From positions 1,620,001 to 1,652,000 of the forward strand of contig OY759724.1 in NCBI GenBank assembly GCA_963662715.1: a stretch of 32,000 nt of DNA, in the 5' to 3' direction. The position numbers and the translations under genes are program-made. The stretch comes from Candidatus Omnitrophota bacterium (GTDB lineage Bacteria; Omnitrophota; Gorgyraeia; Zapsychrales; JANLHA01). Shown piece by piece: positions 1 to 7,082 of this stretch. Below the pieces are notes generated by a model that was not told the origin of the DNA, did no database searches, and was given only the letters and a program-made list of their open reading frames with translations. The number at the start of each line of letters is the position of its first letter. Position 1 is the stretch's first letter.

Positions 1-968
1 GTCCTTTGACGTATTTTGAGGTTTTGACGGTGCTGGCGTTGTACTATTTCCGGCAAAAGAAGGTTCATTGTCTTGTGCTGGAAACGGGCCTGGGGGGGCG
101 TTTAGACGCAACGAACGTGGTTGACGCGGACATCTGCGGATTAACTCCGGTTAGCCTGGATCACACGGCGATTTTAGGCCCGTCCCTTAAGGAGATCGCC
201 AAAGAAAAGGCGGGCATTGTTAAATCCCGGAGTCAGGCGGTGCTGGTGGCTGACCAGCCGGAGGAGGTCAGGGCTGTTTTGGCAGAACATGTCCGTCGTG
301 CCGGCTGTCAGGCTTATTTTATGGGCCGGGACATTCAACTCAAGGACGATGAACAACAGACGCGCGCAGGGTTTCAGCATTTTAGCGTGCAAGGGCTTAA
401 GCGGGATTATAAGCTGTGTACAGGACTGCTGGGACGGCATCAGTCCCAAAATGCGGCTATGGCCGTGGGGTTGGCGGAAATGTTCATGAATAAAACGCAG
501 ACCCCTGTCTCACGACAGGCTGTTCAGGAGGGCATCGGGGAAACATTCTGGCCTGGCCGGTTTGAGAAAATGGGCTCGGAACCGGATGTCGTTCTGGACG
601 TCGCCCATAACCCCGATTCCATGCTCGTGCTGGCACGAACGATACGGCAATATTATCCCCGGAAACGGATCGTTCTTCTCGTGGGCATTTCCCGGGACAA
701 GGATCAGCGGGAGATCTGCCGGACGTTGGCGACAATGGCCGAAGAGGTTGTTATAACCCAGGCGGATCATCCCCGGGCAGCTGACCTGGATGTCCCGGAA
801 ATCCGCAACCTGTTTTCCGGCCGGCATTTTTATGTCTCCCAAAACGTAAAAGAGGGAGTCTCTTTGGCTTTAGCGCGGGCGCAGCGGGATGATTTGATTT
901 TGGTGACCGGTTCCATTTTTGTGGTCGGAGAAGCCAGGAAGATTTTTTTAAAAATGACTCAAAGATAA
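1..968 (+). CDS. folC: Folylpolyglutamate synthase / dihydrofolate synthase (FolC), 5' end outside window
   Basis: The reading frame is open from the window edge. The product carries the central and C-terminal Mur-ligase/FolC motifs (LETGLGGRLDATNVV, LDVAHNPDS, LVTGSIFVVGE). The N-terminal P-loop region is absent, so the TTG at position 6 in the ORF track is not the real start. Confidence 0.8.
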   Translation, partial: PLTYFEVLTVLALYYFRQKKVHCLVLETGLGGRLDATNVVDADICGLTPVSLDHTAILGPSLKEIAKEKAGIVKSRSQAVLVADQPEEVRAVLAEHVRRAGCQAYFMGRDIQLKDDEQQTRAGFQHFSVQGLKRDYKLCTGLLGRHQSQNAAMAVGLAEMFMNKTQTPVSRQAVQEGIGETFWPGRFEKMGSEPDVVLDVAHNPDSMLVLARTIRQYYPRKRIVLLVGISRDKDQREICRTLATMAEEVVITQADHPRAADLDVPEIRNLFSGRHFYVSQNVKEGVSLALARAQRDDLILVTGSIFVVGEARKIFLKMTQR

Positions 969-1067
969 TGGTTTAATCTTTATGAAAGATTTTGTTTCAG
1001 GAAGAGTATGACAAGAACTCCTTTCGGGATGCCCGGAGGGGAGATGCGTCTGAAAGAAGGGAAGACT

Positions 1068-2552
1068 ATGGATGAATGGCATAAGTTAGACGATACGATT
1101 GTGGCCATATCCACGCCGTTGGGGCAGGGGGGGATTGGGATCGTGCGTTTAAGCGGACCGGAAGCATTGTCTATCGCTGATCAAATATTTTTGATAAAAA
1201 AAGGCGTCCCGGTGTCCCGTTGTCCGTCACATACTGTCCATTACGGACATGTTGTAGAAAGGCCGGCAACGGCCCGCTGCCCGGGGCCGGAAGAAGAGGA
1301 ACCGGAGATCATCGACGAGGCATTGGCCGTCATTCTGAGGGCCCCCCGGACGTATACCGGAGAAGATGTTGTCGAGATAAACTGTCACGGAGGGATTGTC
1401 GTCCTGAAAGCGGTTGTTCGGCTCGCTATTGAACGGGGCGCCCGGCTGGCGGACCCCGGGGAATTTACCAAGAGGGCTTTTTTGCACGGCCGGATCGATC
1501 TGACGCAGGCAGAAGCTGTTTTGGATATTATTCAATCCAAAACAGAGGCTTTTTTAAAAGTCAGCACCCATCAATTAAAAGGGGAACTGACCTTGCAACT
1601 GGAACAGATCAGAGAAGTTCTTATGGCGGTTTACGCTGAACTGGAAGCCCTGGTGAACTTCCCTGAAGAGGACATTGAAGGCCAGATGACAGAGTCCTGC
1701 CAGCAGAAACACTCTCCGCCCGGAGAGGAAAGGCCTTTGCACAGGCAAGGGTTCAGCCGAACTATCCGGCAGGTTTCTTCCAAAGTGCAGACATTGATCC
1801 GTTCTGCTGATCAGGGCCGCGTTTTAAAAGAAGGGATAAAGGTTGTGATTTGCGGAAGGCCTAATGTGGGCAAGTCTTCGTTATTGAACCGTCTGTTAAG
1901 ATCACCCCGGGCTATCGTAAGTCCCATTGAAGGCACGACCCGGGATACGATTGAAGAAACCGTGCAGATTCAGGGGCTTCCTTTTCAGATCGTTGACACG
2001 GCCGGGATTCTCCACCCCAGAGGGCTGATTGAGGAAGAAGCTGTCAAACGCAGCCGTCTTTTTATCGAAAGTTCGGACCTCGTTTTGGTCCTGCTGGACG
2101 GATCTCAACCGTTAACGCCCGAGGATAAAAATATTCTGGAGAGTTTGCAGGGAAAAAACATTCTCGTTGTCATTAATAAATGCGATTTACCTTTAAAGCT
2201 GGAAGAAGTTTCTCTGCGGGACACGTGTCCGGGGCAGGAAGCCTTCCGTATTTCCGCTTTGACCGACAAGGGGATCTCTCAGCTTGAGACAGGCATGCTG
2301 CAGAAAGCCTTGCCGGAGGAGTCCCATTATGTCTCAAATGTTCTGATCAGCAACCTCAGGCATCTTGAGGCCCTACAAAATGCCGGGCAAGCTCTTCAGC
2401 AGGCGTCCCAGCACCTGGAGAAAGGCTTGTCGTGGGAGTTTGTTTCTGAGGAGCTGAAGACGGCGGTACATTTTTTAGATCAAATAACCGGACGGGATAT
2501 CGACGCGGATCTGCTGGACAGAATTTTTGCGGAGTTTTGTATCGGGAAATAA
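1068..2552 (+). CDS. mnmE: tRNA modification GTPase MnmE (TrmE)
   Basis: N-terminal AISTPLGQGGIGIVRLSG, G-domain GRPNVGKSSLLN and DTAG, and the hallmark C-terminal FCIGK. I chose the ATG at 1068 (purine-rich GAAGGGAAG upstream) over the track start at 1008, which adds a non-conserved extension. Confidence 0.9.
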   Translation: MDEWHKLDDTIVAISTPLGQGGIGIVRLSGPEALSIADQIFLIKKGVPVSRCPSHTVHYGHVVERPATARCPGPEEEEPEIIDEALAVILRAPRTYTGEDVVEINCHGGIVVLKAVVRLAIERGARLADPGEFTKRAFLHGRIDLTQAEAVLDIIQSKTEAFLKVSTHQLKGELTLQLEQIREVLMAVYAELEALVNFPEEDIEGQMTESCQQKHSPPGEERPLHRQGFSRTIRQVSSKVQTLIRSADQGRVLKEGIKVVICGRPNVGKSSLLNRLLRSPRAIVSPIEGTTRDTIEETVQIQGLPFQIVDTAGILHPRGLIEEEAVKRSRLFIESSDLVLVLLDGSQPLTPEDKNILESLQGKNILVVINKCDLPLKLEEVSLRDTCPGQEAFRISALTDKGISQLETGMLQKALPEESHYVSNVLISNLRHLEALQNAGQALQQASQHLEKGLSWEFVSEELKTAVHFLDQITGRDIDADLLDRIFAEFCIGK

Positions 2553-2630
2553 TGCTTGAACGATATGCCCTGGCGGCCGTTTCTTGTCTCCGGCGTGAAT
2601 GTTTTTTCGGAGAAATGTTTTATGCGGCGG

Positions 2631-3350
2631 TTACTTCATGTTTTCAGCAACAATGCTATCACTGAGTTTCGTAAACTTGGACATGAGTTCATCGTCCTGA
2701 ATGATGGCTTTGACTTTCGGATGAGTCAGTAGCTTGGCATAATTTTGCGTGTCAACCAGTTCTTTGATCTCGGCATCATTCATCAAGTCCTTGACCTTGG
2801 AATCCGACGAGAGCTCCTTATACTCTTGGCTTGTGACCAAGCGCTCCATCCTTGCCGGATTTTCAAACACTTTAAAGACCTGTGTCATCTTTTTCGCTGC
2901 AGGAATCCGGCTGATGACCAATTGGTTGACAGCACTGTAGGAGAAGGAGTGCTTTATATCCGTCTTGATGACATCCAGGTTGAGGATGTTGAAAGGAATG
3001 AGCGTGATCAGAAAAAGGACTCCCATCAGCATAGCGCCTTTCCAGCTCAGGTTGAGCAGCCCTCCCAATAAGCGGCTGATGAGCAAAGTCTTTTCCTGGC
3101 CTGTTTTTCCAATAGCCGACTTGCTGAGCATAAGAACCAGACGCAGGACGATCGACAGGATAACGGCCCCTCCCAAGGCGATCATAATCGATTTGATAAG
3201 GTTGTGGGTCAAATCATAATGAATGAGGGCGATAAAAGAGCAGACCAGCAGAGATATCGGCCCCAGAATCGTCCGGAACAGGCCTTTCCTCCACCCGGTG
3301 AAGAAAAAAAGAAGCCCCAGAAGGCTTACGCTGTAATCGGTATACGTCAT
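2631..3350 (-). CDS. CvpA-family (colicin V production) membrane protein with a long soluble C-terminal tail
   Basis: The N-terminal half has four hydrophobic helices with a CvpA-like opening (LLGLLFFFTGWRKGLFRTILGPISLL). The C-terminal ~100 aa is hydrophilic. The family call is by eye only. Confidence 0.6.
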   Translation of the reverse strand: MTYTDYSVSLLGLLFFFTGWRKGLFRTILGPISLLVCSFIALIHYDLTHNLIKSIMIALGGAVILSIVLRLVLMLSKSAIGKTGQEKTLLISRLLGGLLNLSWKGAMLMGVLFLITLIPFNILNLDVIKTDIKHSFSYSAVNQLVISRIPAAKKMTQVFKVFENPARMERLVTSQEYKELSSDSKVKDLMNDAEIKELVDTQNYAKLLTHPKVKAIIQDDELMSKFTKLSDSIVAENMK

Positions 3351-3482
3351 GATGTTTGTTTTGTCCTCCTTGATTTTGCAACTTCAAATACGCCATAAGT
3401 CGCCGGAGTTTTTCAGGAAACATGATTTTAAACATGAGTCGGCTGATAAAGGCATTTTTTAAAAAAGCGTATAGATTTTTGC

Positions 3483-3836
3483 TTAACGCTCGCTATCTTT
3501 TTTGCTTGTGCGGTCCTTCTCCTCATTGACGACCTGCCTTTCCTTTTTGCTTTCAGAAGATTTTTCGGGAGGAGAGAACCAAACGACATAGAGCATCCAG
3601 GGGATGAAAAAAACACCGTATCCGAACAGAATCAGAAAAGGGGTTCCTAAAATGAATTTGACATGCAGGGGCAGAGACAGACCTTTCCGGTTCTTTTTCT
3701 TCTCCTTCAAAGCCATGTATTCTTTGTAGGAGAGAGTCTGCGCCCCTTTTTTCCGGTATGCTTCTTCAATGTGCGCGCGTTCTTCCGAGGAGATTTCCGG
3801 TGTGTCATTTTTTGAGTTTTTTTCTTCTGCCGCCAC
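3483..3836 (-). CDS. Hypothetical small membrane protein (Lys/Glu-rich ends, central hydrophobic hairpin)
   Basis: ORF with the hydrophobic core FILGTPFLILFGYGVFFIPWMLYVVWF. I moved the start to the GTG at 3836, which is preceded by AAAGGGGG. The TTG at 3857 in the track overlaps the predicted -10 box of the gene's own promoter. Confidence 0.5.
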   Translation of the reverse strand: MAAEEKNSKNDTPEISSEERAHIEEAYRKKGAQTLSYKEYMALKEKKKNRKGLSLPLHVKFILGTPFLILFGYGVFFIPWMLYVVWFSPPEKSSESKKERQVVNEEKDRTSKKDSER

Positions 3837-3855
3837 GATGCCCCCTTTGGTTCGC

Positions 3856-3884
3856 AATATAACATGTTAGGAATCGCTGTTCAA
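3856..3884 (-). promoter_or_regulatory. Sigma-70-like promoter, TTGAAC-17 nt-TATATT (read on the minus strand)
   Basis: The minus strand reads TTGAAC (3884-3879), a 17-nt spacer, then TATATT (3861-3856). This sits just upstream of the SD and GTG of the 3483-3836 gene. Confidence 0.55.
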
Positions 3885-3930
3885 TATTTAATCAATTTAT
3901 TGTTTTTGGTGCTTAGAGGCTTTTTATGGC

Positions 3931-3964
3931 CAAGCGAGCGGGCAAAATTTTACCCGCTCGCTTG
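3931..3964. repeat. Near-perfect 34-nt palindrome, CAAGCGAGCGGG-caaaatttta-CCCGCTCGCTTG
   Basis: The 12-nt arms are exact reverse complements and the 10-nt centre is itself AAAATTTT-symmetric. It lies between the two divergent promoters and has no U-tract on either side. Confidence 0.8.
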
Positions 3965-4052
3965 AAGGCAGTGAAAAATTTTCCGTGGAGAGATGAACAA
4001 AGGGAAAGAATCCGGGAGAGTATTTCCCGGGAAAAATTATCTAATAATTCTG

Positions 4053-4081
4053 TTGATTATTCGAGGTGTAAAGCATAAAAT
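4053..4081 (+). promoter_or_regulatory. Sigma-70-like promoter, TTGATT-17 nt-TAAAAT
   Basis: TTGATT at 4053-4058, an exactly 17-nt spacer, and TAAAAT at 4076-4081. This is about 45 nt upstream of the first PilZ gene (SD AAAGGAAAG). Confidence 0.55.
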
Positions 4082-4127
4082 TAAATTGAAGATTAAACAC
4101 TAATTTATTCGGCCAAAGGAAAGACTT

Positions 4128-4466
4128 ATGAAAAAGAAGGCTGAACAGAGAAGAATGCCAAGACGATTGTGCGGGGTTCCTGTCGAAGGGAAAGAAGGAA
4201 GTTTTTTCGAGGGAATCCAGACTGTTGATATTTGCCAAGGTGGGGTTGGGCTCATTTCCGCAAAATCCATTCCCGTGAATGAGCAGATTGTCGTGCAGCT
4301 CGATCTGGATCCTGACGAAGAACCTGTGTTGGTTTTAGGAGAAGTGAAGTGGATTGTCAAGATGAAGGATTCCGAGTATTTCCGGGTCGGGATGTCCTTT
4401 TGCGAGGAGGTCTGTTCCGGCTCCCGTTCACGCCTAAAACATTTTTTCAAAAAAGAATCCTCTTAA
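4128..4466 (+). CDS. PilZ domain protein (c-di-GMP receptor)
   Basis: Both PilZ signature elements are present: RRMPRR near the N-terminus and DICQGGVGL (the D/NxSxxG-type motif). Confidence 0.75.
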   Translation: MKKKAEQRRMPRRLCGVPVEGKEGSFFEGIQTVDICQGGVGLISAKSIPVNEQIVVQLDLDPDEEPVLVLGEVKWIVKMKDSEYFRVGMSFCEEVCSGSRSRLKHFFKKESS

Positions 4467-4489
4467 TTTCCATAGTTGAATAGCATGTC

Positions 4490-4852
4490 ATGGAAAGATT
4501 TTTTATGCTCCCCATAAAAGACGATAATCGTTTGTTTGAGCGCTTCCCTGCGCGGTTTCCTGTCAAATACCAGCATGCCCGCAAGGATTATGGAACAAAT
4601 GTTTTCCTGCGAAACGCTTCAGCGCAGGGAATCAAGGTCGCGACTTCGGAACGGGTCTATATTAAAGATAATATTTCATTGCTTGTAAAGCTCCCGGATG
4701 GAGGAGACCCTATGTTGTTGAACGGGAGTGTTGTTTGGGTCCAGGAAAAAAATCCTCGTCTTTGGGATGTCGGGCTTAGATTCCACAAGACAAACTTAAT
4801 GCAAATGCAACGCATGTATAGACTTGTTCGAAAACCTTCCTTTATCTTTTAA
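4490..4852 (+). CDS. PilZ domain protein (c-di-GMP receptor), second tandem copy
   Basis: RLFERFPARFPV (RxxxR-type motif) and NASAQGIKV (NxSxxG). The start could instead be the ATG at 4505, which has GGAAAG upstream. Confidence 0.7.
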   Translation: MERFFMLPIKDDNRLFERFPARFPVKYQHARKDYGTNVFLRNASAQGIKVATSERVYIKDNISLLVKLPDGGDPMLLNGSVVWVQEKNPRLWDVGLRFHKTNLMQMQRMYRLVRKPSFIF

Positions 4853-4907
4853 TAATATTAATATTAATATATATATATTAAAAGTTGGTTTTTTATTATA
4901 AAATCAA

Positions 4908-4936
4908 TTGACCAATAAACCATAATTTGGTATATT
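4908..4936 (+). promoter_or_regulatory. Strong sigma-70 promoter with extended -10, TTGACC-17 nt-(TGg)TATATT
   Basis: TTGACC at 4908-4913, a 17-nt spacer ending in TGG, and TATATT at 4931-4936. It is preceded by a 37-nt pure A/T run (4847-4883, TAATAT/TA repeats) that resembles an UP element. AAGGAG (4960-4965) and the purB ATG at 4972 follow. Confidence 0.7.
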
Positions 4937-4971
4937 ACATGCGTTTATAATCCAAAAAAAAGGAGTCTTTC

Positions 4972-6267
4972 ATGATAGATCGTTATACTTTATCCAAAAT
5001 GGGTAATATCTGGACCGATGAACACAAATTTTCTATCATGCTTCAAATAGAGGTTCTGGCCTGTGAAGCACTTACAAAGTTAGGAGTCATTCCTAAGAAA
5101 TCGATGGAAAAAATCAAAAAAAATGCCAAGTTTGATATAGATGAGGTTCAGAGATTGGAAGAGAGAACCAAGCATGATATTGTCGCTTTCATTAATAATG
5201 TGGGACAGTATATCGGACCCGAAGCCAGATATTTACACATGGGATTAACTTCTTCGGATTTGCTGGACACATCGTTGTCCGTGCAATGTGTCGAAGCCAG
5301 CGATATCCTCATCAATGATTTGAAAAAACTTTTGGCCGCTTTGAAAATTAAAGCGAAGAAGTATAAAGACACTTTCTGTATTGCCAGAACGCATGGTGTC
5401 CACGCTGAACCGATTACGTTCGGGTTAAAACTTGCTGTGTGGTTTGATGAAACCAAAAGAAACATCGAACGTTTAGAACAGGCTCGCGAAATGATGCGTA
5501 TAGGAAAGTTGTCCGGCGCTGTCGGAACCTTTGCGAATATTGACCCGTTTGTTGAAGAATACGTTTGTGAAAAGTTAGGGCTTAAGCCGGCTAATATCGC
5601 TACCCAGATTATTCAGCGGGATGTCCACTGCCAGTTCGTAACCACCCTGGCCCTGATCGGGTCTTCTCTTAATAAATTTGCCACGGAAATCCGTCTTCTG
5701 CAGAAAACAGAAGTCCTGGAAGTGGAAGAGCCCTTCTTCAAAGGGCAGATCGGCTCATCGGCCATGCCGCATAAACGCAATCCCGTAACGTGTGAACGTA
5801 TTTCGGGGTTGTCCCGCATTCTCCGGGCTAACGCTCAGGCGGCCTTTGAAAATATCTGTCTCTGGCACGAGAGAGATATCAGCCATTCGTCCGTGGAGCG
5901 TATTATTTTGCCGGACAGCACGATTGCTTTGCATTACATGCTGCATAAGCTGATCCCCATTATTGATGGCTTGCTGGTTTATCCGAAACATATGATTGCC
6001 AGCCTTTCAAAAACGAAAGGGCTCATTTATTCTCAACGCGTATTATTGGAGCTTATGAAGAAAGGGCTGACCCGGGAAGACGCTTATGAAATTATTCAGC
6101 ACTGCGCGATGCAGGTCTGGAAGGAAACCTCTGATTTTAAGGATGTGTTATACCGGGACAGGAAAGTCAGAAAACATTTAAACACGGCGGAAATTGATGC
6201 TTGTTTTGATATTAAATACTACGCCCGGCACCGCGATATGATTTATAAACGAGTGGGATTAAAATAA
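4972..6267 (+). CDS. purB: Adenylosuccinate lyase
   Basis: Fumarate-lyase signature GSSAMPHKRNP, the typical PurB N-terminus (RYTLSKMGNIWTDEHKF), and a length of 431 aa. Confidence 0.93.
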   Translation: MIDRYTLSKMGNIWTDEHKFSIMLQIEVLACEALTKLGVIPKKSMEKIKKNAKFDIDEVQRLEERTKHDIVAFINNVGQYIGPEARYLHMGLTSSDLLDTSLSVQCVEASDILINDLKKLLAALKIKAKKYKDTFCIARTHGVHAEPITFGLKLAVWFDETKRNIERLEQAREMMRIGKLSGAVGTFANIDPFVEEYVCEKLGLKPANIATQIIQRDVHCQFVTTLALIGSSLNKFATEIRLLQKTEVLEVEEPFFKGQIGSSAMPHKRNPVTCERISGLSRILRANAQAAFENICLWHERDISHSSVERIILPDSTIALHYMLHKLIPIIDGLLVYPKHMIASLSKTKGLIYSQRVLLELMKKGLTREDAYEIIQHCAMQVWKETSDFKDVLYRDRKVRKHLNTAEIDACFDIKYYARHRDMIYKRVGLK

Positions 6268-6299
6268 AGAGGCTGTTAACCTTTATTGGGGGCTGCGCT

Positions 6300-7004
6300 A
6301 TGGAAAAAGGCAATAAGATTTACGAAGGCAAAGCAAAAATTCTTTATGAAACAGATTCCCCTGATTATGTTATCCAGTATTTTAAGGATGATGCCACGGC
6401 TTTTAACGCCGCCAAGAAAGGAATCATCCAGGAGAAAGGGATTGTCAATAATAAAATTTCCTCCAAGATTTTTGAGCTCCTGAAATCGGAAGGCATTCCC
6501 ACTCATTTTGAAAAGATGCTGAGTGACCGGGAAATGCTCGTTAAAAAAGTGGCTATTGTTCCGCTGGAAGTTATTGTGCGCAATGTTGCGGCCGGCAGCC
6601 TGTGCCGGTTGCTGGGATTGCAGGAGGGGACGGCCTTGCGGTATCCCACGCTTGAGTTCTGTTATAAGGAGGACCGGCTGAACGACCCGATGCTGAACGA
6701 CACTCACATCCTAGCCCTTGATTTGGCAACTCAGGAGGAATTAGACGTTATTAAAGAGCTCACGTTTAAGATCAACGACCTTATGACGAGGTTTTTCAAG
6801 TCTTTGAATATTACTTTGGTGGATTTTAAGCTGGAGTTCGGACGTTATAAAGATCAAATTATTCTTGCGGATGAAATTTCGCCGGATACTTGCCGCTTAT
6901 GGGAAATTGGGACTGGACGAAAGCTGGATAAAGACCGTTTCCGAAAGGACTTAGGCGATATAGAAGAAGCCTACCAAGAAGTTTTGTGCCGGGTAAGCCG
7001 TTAA
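6300..7004 (+). CDS. purC: Phosphoribosylaminoimidazole-succinocarboxamide (SAICAR) synthase
   Basis: YEGKAKILYETD, VIQYFKDDATAFN, LVDFKLEFG and ADEISPDTCRLW are classical PurC blocks. Confidence 0.93.
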   Translation: MEKGNKIYEGKAKILYETDSPDYVIQYFKDDATAFNAAKKGIIQEKGIVNNKISSKIFELLKSEGIPTHFEKMLSDREMLVKKVAIVPLEVIVRNVAAGSLCRLLGLQEGTALRYPTLEFCYKEDRLNDPMLNDTHILALDLATQEELDVIKELTFKINDLMTRFFKSLNITLVDFKLEFGRYKDQIILADEISPDTCRLWEIGTGRKLDKDRFRKDLGDIEEAYQEVLCRVSR

Positions 7005-7082
7005 TCTATCTGCTATGAACCTTCCCGTGCTTCTGTATTCATTACAATGTTGACAGATATAACATTGGTTCCTTAAGATCCG

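Noticed and set aside
1008-1067. Upstream-extended start codons given in the ORF track at 1008, 10759, 11429, 15592, 16154, 19853, 27355, 27569 and 28389
   Set aside because: In each case the extension overlaps the preceding gene or promoter and adds non-conserved residues. An internal ATG/GTG with a better Shine-Dalgarno sequence begins exactly at the conserved N-terminus of the family.
4853-4971. Possible purine, ZTP or THF riboswitch upstream of purB (also considered upstream of purL and glyA)
   Set aside because: With the promoter at 4908-4936 the 5' UTR is only ~30 nt and AT-rich, which is too short for an aptamer. The other junctions are under 80 nt and show no conserved riboswitch cores that I can recognise.
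6276-6707. 143-aa minus-strand ORF
   Set aside because: It is antisense to purC, so this is a shadow ORF.
7050-7078. Internal promoter TTGACA-17 nt-TTAAGA with an AATGTT...AACATT inverted repeat before purL
   Set aside because: The -35 box is perfect but the -10 box is poor (3 of 6, lacking the final T). It would also exclude the GTG at 7083. The evidence is too weak to call; I note it only as a reason the purL start might be the ATG at 7143.
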